Source: Shigella phage Tf
Direction: 5' to 3' (one strand)
Length of the DNA stretch: 64,000 nucleotides
Sequence record: OR980947
Of this stretch, positions 45,759 through 55,314 are shown piece after piece (positions within the stretch are counted from its first letter, which is position 1; every line of letters starts with the position of its first letter). The notes under the pieces are model-generated. The model was given only the letters and a program-made list of their open reading frames with translations. It did not search any database and was not told the origin of the DNA. The translations under genes and the position numbers were made by a program.

Positions 45759-46640
45759 ATGAAGACATCTATTCGTGTTATAATTCATTCACCGACAAAA
45801 GGGTCTCATGAAGAAGAGTTTAACATCATCCAGTTCCCTTCTGGTGAGATTGGTGGACACTTTTCACAAGAGCTTGTTGATTTTACTGCTTATGCAGCAT
45901 CATCTATCAACAATGTGATTATGATTGTAAAAGGTTATGATAAGGACACATTGTTTGCTGTGGCACTCGCTAAAGAAGCAATTGATGATTTAATTCCTCA
46001 TGATTATGCCTTAAAGACTGTCATCTTTTACTACTTACCAAATGCACGATATGACCGTCACATGTTTAAAGGTGATGCAGCAGCTTTGAAGGTTTTTGCT
46101 AAACAGGTTAACGCAATGGGGTTTGGTGCAGTATGTGCAGTTGACCCTCACAGCTATGTACCAGATAACCTGTTTGACTGCTTCCAAAGTATTCCTCAAA
46201 ATGAAATTGCAGTCCACTATGCAAATGACCCACTGGTTGATTACTTAGTAGCCCCAGATGCAGGTGCTGCTAAGAAGATTGCAGAGACTGCTAAAGAGGT
46301 GGATAAACCATATATCACAATGTCTAAGGTGCGCAACCTTAAAACTGGTGAAATTACTGGTATGCGAATCCTTGATGATGTTGATTTGACAGATAAAACT
46401 GTTATGATTCTTGATGATATCTGTGATGGTGGTCGAACCTTCATAGAAGCAGCTAAACATCTTCGTGAAGCAGGTGCAAAACGTGTTGAGCTTTATGTAA
46501 CACATGGTATCTTCTCTAAAGGTGTTGAAAACCTTCTTGACAATGGTATCGACCATATTTACACTACAAACTCTTTAGGAGAAGCTAAAGACCGTAGCTT
46601 AACACATTATAGTCAAGTTACTGTAGCAAACCTTGATTGA
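45759..46640 (+). CDS. prs: ribose-phosphate pyrophosphokinase-like protein (Prs-like; possible ADP-ribose pyrophosphokinase)
   Basis: PRPP-binding motif VMILDDICDGGRTF; ~290 aa; adjacent to NAMPT-like gene. Confidence 0.55.
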   Translation: MKTSIRVIIHSPTKGSHEEEFNIIQFPSGEIGGHFSQELVDFTAYAASSINNVIMIVKGYDKDTLFAVALAKEAIDDLIPHDYALKTVIFYYLPNARYDRHMFKGDAAALKVFAKQVNAMGFGAVCAVDPHSYVPDNLFDCFQSIPQNEIAVHYANDPLVDYLVAPDAGAAKKIAETAKEVDKPYITMSKVRNLKTGEITGMRILDDVDLTDKTVMILDDICDGGRTFIEAAKHLREAGAKRVELYVTHGIFSKGVENLLDNGIDHIYTTNSLGEAKDRSLTHYSQVTVANLD

Positions 46641-46648
46641 AAGTTTAT

Positions 46649-46670
46649 AGGGGCTTGAAAGCCCCATTTT
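46649..46670 (+). terminator. putative terminator/attenuator hairpin
   Basis: ggggctt gaaa gcccc followed by atttt. Confidence 0.4.
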
Positions 46671-46685
46671 GAGAGAGATTAAAAG

Positions 46686-48467
46686 ATGACTAAATCACTT
46701 TATGCAGTACCAGCAGGTTTAAACGCGGACGCTTACAAGGCATCACATATATATCAGTATCCAGATGCTACGCAATACCTTATGTTGAACCTGACACCAC
46801 GTAGTGACAAATGGTTTAACAGCCCTTTGGCAATTGACGGTGTAGTGGCTTTTGGTATTCAACGTTTCGTTAAAGATTACTTGATAGACCACTGGAACGC
46901 CACTTTCTTTGAACGTGATAAAAAAGAAGCAATTGACGAAATCTTAGAAGTCATGAATGGTGTTCTGGGTAAAGATGCTATCGGTCGAGAGCATTGGGAA
47001 GCACTTCACGACTTAGGTTATCTACCAGTTGAAGTATACGCTGTAGAAGAAGGTACAGTTGTTCCTATGCGTGTACCAATGATTGTCTTCCAGAACACTG
47101 TTTCAGGTTTCCATTGGGTAGCGGGATATCTGGAAGATGCTTTCTCTGCTGAGATTTGGAAGGCTTGTACCATTGCAACTATTGCATTGCATTATAAACG
47201 CATCTGTAAGAAGTGGGCTGACCTTACTTGCGACAATGACTTACATTTACCTTATCAGTGTCATGACTTTGCTATGCGTGGTATGTCCGGCTTTACTGAT
47301 GACGCATTTAATGCTGTAGGCCACTTGACCAGCTTTAAAGGAACTGATAGCTTCCCTGCTGTATACACGGCTAAACGCATCTACGGACAGTCTTACCCAG
47401 TCTCTGATATTGGTGGTTCTGTACCAGCCACTGAACACTCTGTAATGTGTGCAAACATTGCTTGGGAAGGTGGTAATGAATTGATTGAAGAGGAAAGACG
47501 CTTTAAAGGTGAGTTACAAACCTTCCGTCGTTTCTTAACAGAAACTTACCCAACTGGTATTGCAAGTGTTGTTTCAGATACTTATAACTTCTGGAGAACT
47601 GTATCAGTCATATTGCCAGAACTCCGTAAAGAGATTATGGAACGTGATGGCAAACTGGTAATTCGTCCTGATTCTGGAGACCCTGTACATATTGTCACAG
47701 GATACAAAGCAATCCATTTAGAGTGTGCTAAAAAGGCTTATTACGAACACCTAAGTAAGCTGGAAGCCAGCGACACAATGCTGAATGCTGTTCTGAACAT
47801 GAAGCTTGAAAACATCAATTATGGCATTGCTGGATGGCTACTGTCAGAAGGCTACGAAATGGTTGTTGACAGAGAAGACTTTGAAGTTGCTGATACAGTG
47901 CTGTTGAAAAATGCTTATATGGTTGGTTCTGCAAACGTTGTAACACGTCCTGTAGCGGAGATTGATGGAGCTATCAAGACACTGTATAACATCTTTGGAG
48001 GAACTATCAACTCTAAAGGTTTTAAAGTACTGGATGAGCATATCGGGCTTATTTATGGTGACTCTATCACGTTGGAACGTGCAAACGAAATACTGAAGCG
48101 TTTGTATGAAATGGGTTTTGCAAGCTCTAACGTAGTATTTGGTGTAGGTTCTTACACTTACCAGTACATGACTCGTGACACTTTTGCATTTGCTGTCAAA
48201 GCAACTCTTGCAAGCATTGGTGGTAAAGAGATTATGCTTGCAAAAGACCCTAAAACAGACAGTGGCGTTAAGAAATCTGCCTTTGGTGGTGTAGCACCTA
48301 TGTGGGATGGTGATAAGCTGAAAGCTGTAGATGGCTATGGATTCCAGAGTTTTGCAGATGTACTTGACCACCCAGCTTGTGCTTTACGTTTAGTCTTTAG
48401 TGACTCTGAGCAGTTCGGTTACACAACTCTTGGTGATATTCGAAATAATATTGACAAGCAGCTTTAA
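46686..48467 (+). CDS. nadV: nicotinamide phosphoribosyltransferase-like protein (NadV/NAMPT family)
   Basis: 593 aa; general NAMPT-like architecture; adjacent to prs-like gene as in other large lytic phages; family assignment by inspection only. Confidence 0.5.
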   Translation: MTKSLYAVPAGLNADAYKASHIYQYPDATQYLMLNLTPRSDKWFNSPLAIDGVVAFGIQRFVKDYLIDHWNATFFERDKKEAIDEILEVMNGVLGKDAIGREHWEALHDLGYLPVEVYAVEEGTVVPMRVPMIVFQNTVSGFHWVAGYLEDAFSAEIWKACTIATIALHYKRICKKWADLTCDNDLHLPYQCHDFAMRGMSGFTDDAFNAVGHLTSFKGTDSFPAVYTAKRIYGQSYPVSDIGGSVPATEHSVMCANIAWEGGNELIEEERRFKGELQTFRRFLTETYPTGIASVVSDTYNFWRTVSVILPELRKEIMERDGKLVIRPDSGDPVHIVTGYKAIHLECAKKAYYEHLSKLEASDTMLNAVLNMKLENINYGIAGWLLSEGYEMVVDREDFEVADTVLLKNAYMVGSANVVTRPVAEIDGAIKTLYNIFGGTINSKGFKVLDEHIGLIYGDSITLERANEILKRLYEMGFASSNVVFGVGSYTYQYMTRDTFAFAVKATLASIGGKEIMLAKDPKTDSGVKKSAFGGVAPMWDGDKLKAVDGYGFQSFADVLDHPACALRLVFSDSEQFGYTTLGDIRNNIDKQL

Positions 48468-48480
48468 AAGTATATGATAA

Positions 48481-48505
48481 GAGGCTCCTACGGGAGCCTT
48501 TTTAA
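48481..48505 (+). terminator. rho-independent terminator
   Basis: gaggctcc tacg ggagcctt followed by ttt. Confidence 0.6.
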
Positions 48506-48520
48506 TTTCTGGAGAAAACT

Positions 48521-48856
48521 ATGAAAATCAAAGAGATGAATATCAACATTGTCTTAGAAGAACGTTGGGAGAACATTAAGAAACCTAAAGATGGTAAAAA
48601 ATTCCTTAACAAAATTTTAGTAGCAGCTAAAGAAGAACTGACTGGCAAGATTGCAGCAGCAATCACAATAAAAGTCTGTGTAAAAGGTCTTCCACAACAT
48701 CACCAATTTGCACTTGACGAGTTTAAAGAAAGCTTCTACAATCCAAACAAACAGATGCTTGAAAGTAACTTTGCAGTGTCTACAAGTATCGTCCATGACA
48801 GAAGCTTTATCCTTTACAAAAATATGAGAGGTGAGTCATGCAAGCATATTGGATAG
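48521..48856 (+). CDS. hypothetical protein
   Basis: 111 aa ORF. Confidence 0.3.
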   Translation: MKIKEMNINIVLEERWENIKKPKDGKKFLNKILVAAKEELTGKIAAAITIKVCVKGLPQHHQFALDEFKESFYNPNKQMLESNFAVSTSIVHDRSFILYKNMRGESCKHIG

Positions 48857-49014
48857 AAATTTTACTGTCACTTGGTAGTGTAGCAGTATTTGTTTACCTT
48901 CTTTGCAAGTACTATGCAGAACACAAAAAATGTGACTTCTGTAATGGGGAAGGATATACAAGAGCAGGCTGTTGCCCTATCTGTGGCGGTTCTGGTAAAA
49001 TGTTTAATAAGTAA
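48838..49014 (+). CDS. small membrane-anchored zinc-finger protein (58 aa, not in ORF track)
   Basis: Strong RBS gaggtgag; N-terminal TM helix then two CxxCxGxG motifs (CDFCNGEG, CPICGGSG) as in DnaJ zinc fingers. Confidence 0.4.
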   Translation: MQAYWIEILLSLGSVAVFVYLLCKYYAEHKKCDFCNGEGYTRAGCCPICGGSGKMFNK

Positions 49015-49042
49015 TTTAACAGTAAACTAAGAGGAAAGTATT

Positions 49043-51409
49043 ATGCGCATGGTAAACGACCACGCAGAAGTGATTAAGAGTTCAACTTCTTTAGAGACGT
49101 CTCAAGCACAGATTACAATGACACCTGAAATGTTCAGCCTTTTGAGTTCTGGTGTATATACCTTTAAAGAAAGGGCAGTGATTCGTGAACTGTCATGTAA
49201 CGCAGTAGATGCTCAGAAAGAAGCTGGAAAAGAGAACATCCCGTTCCATGTGCATTTACCTACTCGTTTTGAGCCTTACTTTGAAGTTCGTGATTTTGGA
49301 ACTGGATTGACTCATGATAAAGTTATGAGTTTGTACCTAAACTACGGGGCTTCTACGAAGAATGACTCTAATGACTACATTGGTGCAATGGGTATCGGCT
49401 CAAAATCACCATTTGCAATCGCTCAGTCATTCACAGTATCTAGCTATGTTGACGGTGTTGTTAATAAGTACTCTGTTTATCTTGAGAATGGTATTCCTCA
49501 AGTAACTAAGCTGACTACCAACCCAACAAAGGAACCTAATGGCTTAGCTGTACGTGTAGCAGTTGCTGACCATCGTATCTCAAAATTCTTTGAAGAGGCT
49601 GGTCAGGTATACTCATACTTTACTGTAAAACCAGAAAGTAATATCGTGTATGATGATGTATTAGCAGACATGAACGTCATTGCCCGTGAAGAAGGTGTTT
49701 ATGATGCCATGATTCATAAGCAAAGCTGGCGTTCTAGTAGTAACAGGACAGGGTTTAATGTGGTGATGGGTAACATTGCCTACCCAGTTAACATGGAAGC
49801 ATTGCTTGGTGATGATTTCTTCGAAGTCTTGCCAGAATTTTTCCGTAGGAGTGTAGACCTTGTAAACATTTACATGCCTATTGGCTCAGTTGCCATTGCA
49901 GCTTCTCGTGAAGCATTACAGATGAATGATACGACAAAAAATGTTATCATCGAGGCTACTAAAAAGATAACTGAAGCAATTACAAAGGATGTTATCAAGA
50001 AAGTTAACAGTCAACCTACACTCATGGATGCTGCACAGGCTTATGCGGAGTTACGTTTGAACTCACGAGAAATGTTTAATGCTGTGTGTCCAAAGCTAGA
50101 GTGGGGAGGTGTTAAGCTTGATTCTCTGGAAGAAGAATTGCTAAACATTCGTCGTGGGATTATCTACGCAGAAGACGGCTCAGTCATTTATGAACGTGAC
50201 GGTAAAGGTAATATTAAGGTTGATAGGAACGGGAACAATATCCCTAAAGTAGATTATCTTTATGACCCAGTTGCTTATGTCAAGTTCAACTCTTTAGAGA
50301 GTAAGATTCGTGCAACAGCACTTTCCTACACTCAAGAGGCAAGTATGTTCAATATCTTTGGTGCAATGCGTAAAAGCCAAATTGAACAGTTTTTGTTTGT
50401 TATAAATGACCGTCGCAATAAAAACGGTACTGAGAAGACTGTAGGCCGCAATCAGATTCTGCGTGGTGCATGTCGAGACTATGCCAGTGAGTCGAGTATG
50501 TTTCACAGATACAATGGTATTGTCTTCGTATTCTCTACTGAGAAAGAGTTAGACGACCTAATCAATCTGCACAAACTTGATAAAAGCTTGTTAAAGATTG
50601 TGAAGATGTCTGATAAGGAACACCACTATCAGCGTAAAGAAGCTGTAAGGGGTGTTGTAAAACTCTGGAAAGCTGTTCCAGCAGAAACCAACGCTTCATA
50701 CAAAGAGGTGTCAGAAGACTTAGACACAATTGAAGAGCCTCAGCTTTATATTAAGGCAGTAGGTGACACAGTTGATGGTAGATGTTTTTGCTCATCTCCA
50801 GAGGATGTAGCTAAGTCAGTTGCTAATGTTACAGGTAAGACAGTCTATGTTTTCCGAAAAGCAAATTGGAAAAAGATACCAGAAGACTGGATTGAAGTAG
50901 ATGAGAAGCTCTTGAACGACAGCTTAACTGATGTTCATTGGATTAACCATAACAGGTATATGACACGCATCTACATGAATGGTATTCTTGACCTTACAAG
51001 TAGCTGGATTATTGCCAGAAACTTCACATTCAATAACAGGAAGATTTCTCGTGGTTATTGCTATTCACGGGATACAAACAAAACTATCTTCCTAGAAGGT
51101 AATGAAGAGGCTGTAGAGGCAATGTTTGGTAAGATTCAGTATGTGGCTGCACCGTTTGCATACACTTACACTGTCAGCGTTCTTCAGGATTTGAAGTCAT
51201 GCCTCGACAATGACACAAAACTGTACAAGAAGATTAAGAAAGCAGGTGACCGCATGGTTATCAAGTTGACAAACTATCTTTCAAAAAGAAAACAAGAAAA
51301 CTTCTTGCTTTCACACTTAGATTGGAATAAAGTTTCACCTATCGAGGTGAGTAAGTTTTTAGGCTTTAATGTGAAATGTGTTCCAGAAGGTACAACAATT
51401 TACGATTAA
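49043..51409 (+). CDS. rIIA: rIIA-like protein with N-terminal GHKL ATPase-like domain
   Basis: HATPase-like motifs ELSCNAVDA, VRDFGTGL, GAMGIGSKS; ~790 aa; followed by rIIB-sized gene. Confidence 0.55.
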   Translation: MRMVNDHAEVIKSSTSLETSQAQITMTPEMFSLLSSGVYTFKERAVIRELSCNAVDAQKEAGKENIPFHVHLPTRFEPYFEVRDFGTGLTHDKVMSLYLNYGASTKNDSNDYIGAMGIGSKSPFAIAQSFTVSSYVDGVVNKYSVYLENGIPQVTKLTTNPTKEPNGLAVRVAVADHRISKFFEEAGQVYSYFTVKPESNIVYDDVLADMNVIAREEGVYDAMIHKQSWRSSSNRTGFNVVMGNIAYPVNMEALLGDDFFEVLPEFFRRSVDLVNIYMPIGSVAIAASREALQMNDTTKNVIIEATKKITEAITKDVIKKVNSQPTLMDAAQAYAELRLNSREMFNAVCPKLEWGGVKLDSLEEELLNIRRGIIYAEDGSVIYERDGKGNIKVDRNGNNIPKVDYLYDPVAYVKFNSLESKIRATALSYTQEASMFNIFGAMRKSQIEQFLFVINDRRNKNGTEKTVGRNQILRGACRDYASESSMFHRYNGIVFVFSTEKELDDLINLHKLDKSLLKIVKMSDKEHHYQRKEAVRGVVKLWKAVPAETNASYKEVSEDLDTIEEPQLYIKAVGDTVDGRCFCSSPEDVAKSVANVTGKTVYVFRKANWKKIPEDWIEVDEKLLNDSLTDVHWINHNRYMTRIYMNGILDLTSSWIIARNFTFNNRKISRGYCYSRDTNKTIFLEGNEEAVEAMFGKIQYVAAPFAYTYTVSVLQDLKSCLDNDTKLYKKIKKAGDRMVIKLTNYLSKRKQENFLLSHLDWNKVSPIEVSKFLGFNVKCVPEGTTIYD

Positions 51410-51414
51410 AGTGT

Positions 51415-51444
51415 TTGACAAGGGGATTTGAAGCCCCTTAGAAT
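51415..51444 (+). promoter_or_regulatory. sigma70-like promoter (gtgtttgaca-N18-tagaat)
   Basis: Third copy of gtgtttgaca -35 context with tagaat -10; spacer contains hairpin gggg...cccc. Confidence 0.45.
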
Positions 51445-51488
51445 AACCTCACAAAATGATTTATTAACTAACAAGAGAGAGTAACAAG

Positions 51489-52595
51489 ATGACTACTAAA
51501 ACTAAAGCACAGATTGACGCAGAAATTTACGAACTGGTTAAAGAAGGTAAGCTGACTAAAACAGCTATCGCACAGAAGTTCAATACTTCAACCCGTTCAG
51601 TTGGTCGTGCTGTAGAGCGTCATGAAGCAACCTTAAAAGGTAAGAAAAAGGTAGTTTCTAAACCAGCTACGAAGACTTTGAAGCAAGTTGCTAAGACTCT
51701 TAAAAAGAAAGCTGACAAGCCAGTTAAAAAGGCTGTTAAAGAGTCTGTACAGAAAGCTCCGGTAAATAAACTGCATGAAGCTATGCAGAATGGCGACCAG
51801 ATTGAGTACATGATTACTGGTGACTCTGTTATCATGACTTTCGGTGCAGATTCTGAAATTGTTGAATCTACCCATCCGAACTACAAAGAAATCGTGATGG
51901 CTGTTGTATCCGGTGAGTATAAGAAAGCTTTCGAACTGATGAACATTCGTAAGTCTATCGAAAACTTCACTCAGGGTACTATCACCATCAAAGGTGACAA
52001 GTTATTCTACGGTGCTGTTGAGATGCGTTCTACTCTGGTTGACCGTATTCTTCATATGATGAAGACTGGTGATAAAGGTTTCAAACGCCTTGTAATGTTC
52101 TTCGAAAAACTGATGGAAAACCCATCTAAAGGTTCTGTAGAACAACTGTGGGGATTCATATCTCACCTTGATGTTGAAATTGATGAAGAAGGTTACATTA
52201 TCGGTTGGAAAAAGGTACAAAGTAAAGCTGACGGTTCTCTGGTAGACAGTCACACTCATAAAGTACCTAATGACTTGGGTAACCTAGTTGAGATGCCTCG
52301 TTGGATGGTTGATAGTGACCCTAACCGCACTTGCTCTCAGGGTTTACATGTTGGTGCATGGGAATACGTATCATGTTTTGGAGGTGATACCATCCTGAAA
52401 GTTCGTGTCCATCCACGAGATGTTGTATCTGTCCCGATTGATTACAACGATATGAAGATGCGTGTATCAGCTTATGAGTCTTTTGCGATTGTTGACAGCA
52501 ACCGTAGAGTTATCAAGACTCACTCTGGCTCTGGTGGGTATCGTGTGGTGATTGGTTCTCGCGGTGAGTTAATCTCCAAGACAGCACGCGTTTAA
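51489..52595 (+). CDS. rIIB: rIIB-like protein (tentative)
   Basis: Synteny directly downstream of rIIA-like gene; 368 aa. Confidence 0.4.
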   Translation: MTTKTKAQIDAEIYELVKEGKLTKTAIAQKFNTSTRSVGRAVERHEATLKGKKKVVSKPATKTLKQVAKTLKKKADKPVKKAVKESVQKAPVNKLHEAMQNGDQIEYMITGDSVIMTFGADSEIVESTHPNYKEIVMAVVSGEYKKAFELMNIRKSIENFTQGTITIKGDKLFYGAVEMRSTLVDRILHMMKTGDKGFKRLVMFFEKLMENPSKGSVEQLWGFISHLDVEIDEEGYIIGWKKVQSKADGSLVDSHTHKVPNDLGNLVEMPRWMVDSDPNRTCSQGLHVGAWEYVSCFGGDTILKVRVHPRDVVSVPIDYNDMKMRVSAYESFAIVDSNRRVIKTHSGSGGYRVVIGSRGELISKTARV

Positions 52596-52606
52596 TAGTT
52601 TACAAT

Positions 52607-52630
52607 AGGCTACTTCGGTAGCCTTTTTTG
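52607..52630 (+). terminator. rho-independent terminator (UUCG tetraloop)
   Basis: aggctac ttcg gtagcct followed by tttttt. Confidence 0.6.
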
Positions 52631-52644
52631 ATATGGGAGGATGA

Positions 52645-53544
52645 ATGGCTAAAGCAGAACTTGATAAATACTACACACCAGACGAAGTAATAAGTGTGTG
52701 TGAAGAGAAGCTACAAAAGGTCTTTAAAGGCTCTATTTCGTGCATTATAGACCCCTGTGCAGGTGACGGAAGATGGAAAGACTCTTTTAAGAGGGTTTGT
52801 CAAGATGTTGTGCTATACGACATCGAACCAGACTCTGAAGATGTTAGCACAAGAGACTTCCTGAAAGATGACTTAGAAATTCCAGATAAGCCTTTTGCGA
52901 TTGTTACCAACCCTCCATTTGGTAAGGCAAACAGTCTGTCTACAAAGTTCTTTAACAAGGCTGCTACAATGAATCCAGACTACATTTGCTTCCTAGTTCC
53001 TATTAACTTTGGGAAGAAGAATCTTAGCAGACTTAGCAGAGAGTACACCTGCATTGATGAAGTAGAGCTACCTAACCTTCATTTTGAAAGGATTGATGGA
53101 GTTGCCTACTCAGCAAAAGAGTCATCACTACGCTGTAACTTCCAAATCTGGAAGAGACAAAAACGGATAGATAAAATTTGTAAGATTGTACCTGTGATAG
53201 TTGATGGTGTAAGAGTCTATAAGCGTGAGAAATTCACACTATACAGACCACCATGTCACAAGATTGATGGTAAAGAGCAGCCAGTTGGTGTTTTAGGTAA
53301 ACTAGATGGCAAAGACTTGTTCACGATTATCACGCATGGTCGCAAGGCTGGTACTGTGAAGGTTTTTGAACCAGATAAAGACAAGGTGTCAGTGAAACAG
53401 TTTATCGAACCACACATAGAAGGACTTTACTCAGCAATCAAACAAGAATGGTTTAATGATTTGAGAGATGGTTTTGCACTGAGTTATGCAGGCTCTATCA
53501 ACTCACAAGAAATCATAAATACTTTAGAAAAACACTTGCATTAA
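52645..53544 (+). CDS. DNA N6-adenine methyltransferase (gamma-class, TaqI-like motif order)
   Basis: N-terminal YYTP, SAM motif IDPCAGDG, catalytic NPPF (TNPPFG). Confidence 0.7.
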   Translation: MAKAELDKYYTPDEVISVCEEKLQKVFKGSISCIIDPCAGDGRWKDSFKRVCQDVVLYDIEPDSEDVSTRDFLKDDLEIPDKPFAIVTNPPFGKANSLSTKFFNKAATMNPDYICFLVPINFGKKNLSRLSREYTCIDEVELPNLHFERIDGVAYSAKESSLRCNFQIWKRQKRIDKICKIVPVIVDGVRVYKREKFTLYRPPCHKIDGKEQPVGVLGKLDGKDLFTIITHGRKAGTVKVFEPDKDKVSVKQFIEPHIEGLYSAIKQEWFNDLRDGFALSYAGSINSQEIINTLEKHLH

Positions 53545-53601
53545 TAAAAGAATTTATATAGTATACCTGTAAACAAACCTAGTAGACGAGAGAGAGCAAC
53601 T

Positions 53602-54441
53602 ATGAAATTCAAAGAGTTCCAGAGCAAAACACCTTGCAAGATTGATTTCGTTTGTGGTGTAGCTTCCTTCTTCATGGGGTACATGGATTGGGCTAACTGT
53701 GCAAAGCCTTACTCAGCAAACCGTAGCATTGAACGACGAATTGCTAAACCTTACCTTAATGAAGAACTTCGTGAGGTGGATTTACGTTCCCGTGTTACGG
53801 GTGTACTGTTCAATGGAGAAGTTATCAACATTGATTCTCATGCGCGTGTAGAGAACTGGAAGAATGGGAAGTTAGGTGCTCCCAAGAACGGCCTTGTCTA
53901 TGTGACCCTGTTTGCTGTTAATTCACAGGAAGAAGTAGATTTCCTCTACGACCAAGAAAACTCACTGGACTCACGAGCCACAAATGGTGACCAAGTTACA
54001 ACTGCAATACTACGCTCTGGTTATAAGCCACAGACAGCGTTCACCAAGAAATTTACTGGTGCTGGCGTGTGGGCCTTATTAGGTCTCCGTGGATGCCTTG
54101 ATGAAGCATTTGTACTCTATCAAGAAGAGCTTAAACTTATTGATGCACTCGGCATTGATAAGGATGAGATGGATAAGTACAAAGAGAAGACTGTAAACGG
54201 TGTTAAGCAGAAGTGTGAACTGCGTAAAAAGTACTCTGCTCCAATTATGGCAGCAATGCTTAAGAGCTTCAAAGAAAACCCTGAAAAAGCTACAAAGTTC
54301 TGGTTGGACTACCGTGATGATGATAAGTCTGTAAGCAGCTTCTTAGATGCTATGAAGACCCAGTATGACCAGAATGGTGGTGTGTTTCAAGGTTATGTAA
54401 TGTCACAAGCTGACGTTGCATTTAGAGCTTATAAGGACTGA
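53602..54441 (+). CDS. ParB/Srx-like domain protein, paralog A (function unknown)
   Basis: ParB-like motif INIDSHARVENW; homologous over most of its length to ORF 57492..58223 (KYSAPIMAAML vs KYSSGIRAAML, FWLDY vs FWEDY); directly downstream of a methyltransferase. Confidence 0.35.
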   Translation: MKFKEFQSKTPCKIDFVCGVASFFMGYMDWANCAKPYSANRSIERRIAKPYLNEELREVDLRSRVTGVLFNGEVINIDSHARVENWKNGKLGAPKNGLVYVTLFAVNSQEEVDFLYDQENSLDSRATNGDQVTTAILRSGYKPQTAFTKKFTGAGVWALLGLRGCLDEAFVLYQEELKLIDALGIDKDEMDKYKEKTVNGVKQKCELRKKYSAPIMAAMLKSFKENPEKATKFWLDYRDDDKSVSSFLDAMKTQYDQNGGVFQGYVMSQADVAFRAYKD

Positions 54442-54442
54442 T

Positions 54443-54676
54443 ATGCAAGTTAAAAAGATGATGGTCAGAGTTGCTCTCAAGTATCTGGGGGCAGCTACAC
54501 AATACGAAGTAGCAGAGTACCTCTCTGCAAAGTTTGGTAAGAAATATCTCCCATCGGATTTTACACAGACCTTTATAGACTTAGAGAAGACGAAAACTAT
54601 CACTAAGTTACCTGTTAAGCGTCGTAACTTTCGTAATGGGAAACCTACAGGTTTTGGGAACCTCTATGTAATGTAA
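54443..54676 (+). CDS. small putative winged-helix DNA-binding protein
   Basis: ATG overlaps upstream stop (tgatATG); LKYLGAATQYEVAEYLSAKFG resembles an HTH. Confidence 0.3.
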   Translation: MQVKKMMVRVALKYLGAATQYEVAEYLSAKFGKKYLPSDFTQTFIDLEKTKTITKLPVKRRNFRNGKPTGFGNLYVM

Positions 54677-54680
54677 CTAA

Positions 54681-54706
54681 AAGGCTGCTTCGGCGGCCTT
54701 TTTTAT
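54681..54706 (+). terminator. rho-independent terminator (UUCG tetraloop)
   Basis: ggctgc ttcg gcggcc followed by ttttttatttg. Confidence 0.6.
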
Positions 54707-54765
54707 TTGTATTTTGTGCAGAGTGCTGTATAATTGTTGTCACGATAAACTAAACAGGAGAACCA

Positions 54766-55314
54766 ATGAAGAAATTGATTCTAGGTTTGTGCTTAATGTT
54801 TACAGCACACTTATCTTATGCAGTTGACTGCCCAGAGCTATCAATTAGCCAAAAAGTAAACATGTTAAAAGCTTACCAGTATGGTGAGAATAATATGGGG
54901 AAAGGCTGGGGTATTACTCTAGCAGCTATAGCCTTACAAGAGTCAGAGTTAGGTCTGAAGGTAGAGAATAAAAAGACCCACGACTATGGTATTTTCCAGA
55001 ATCACTTGAAGACTGTTGTAAAGCGTAACAAAATTAGTCCTAATGTGGCTAAAAAGAAACTCTTAAAAGATTTTGATTATGCCGCTAAAGAAACACATAA
55101 AGAGCTTGAGTTTTGGACAAAGGTGCATGGTCAGCCAAAGTCAAAGAAGACTTTACAAAAAGTTTTAGCATCATATAATGCTGGGTATTCGTACAAAATT
55201 CCTAAAGCTAAGAAATACTCTCAAGATGTCTATAACAATATGAAAGTCATCGCTCAATGTGAATTTGCAACAAACATTTCTAAGGTAAACCATGAAAAAA
55301 TTAAGAAAGTCTGA
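54766..55314 (+). CDS. secreted lysozyme-like / lytic transglycosylase-like protein (candidate endolysin)
   Basis: Signal peptide MKKLILGLCLMFTAHLSYA; ALQESELG...DYGIFQ resembles SLT/lysozyme catalytic region. Confidence 0.35.
   Translation: MKKLILGLCLMFTAHLSYAVDCPELSISQKVNMLKAYQYGENNMGKGWGITLAAIALQESELGLKVENKKTHDYGIFQNHLKTVVKRNKISPNVAKKKLLKDFDYAAKETHKELEFWTKVHGQPKSKKTLQKVLASYNAGYSYKIPKAKKYSQDVYNNMKVIAQCEFATNISKVNHEKIKKV

Noticed and set aside
51421-51438. Hairpin gggg...cccc as a terminator after rIIA
   Set aside because: No T-run follows; it sits in the spacer of a ttgaca/tagaat promoter, so it more likely belongs to the rIIB promoter.
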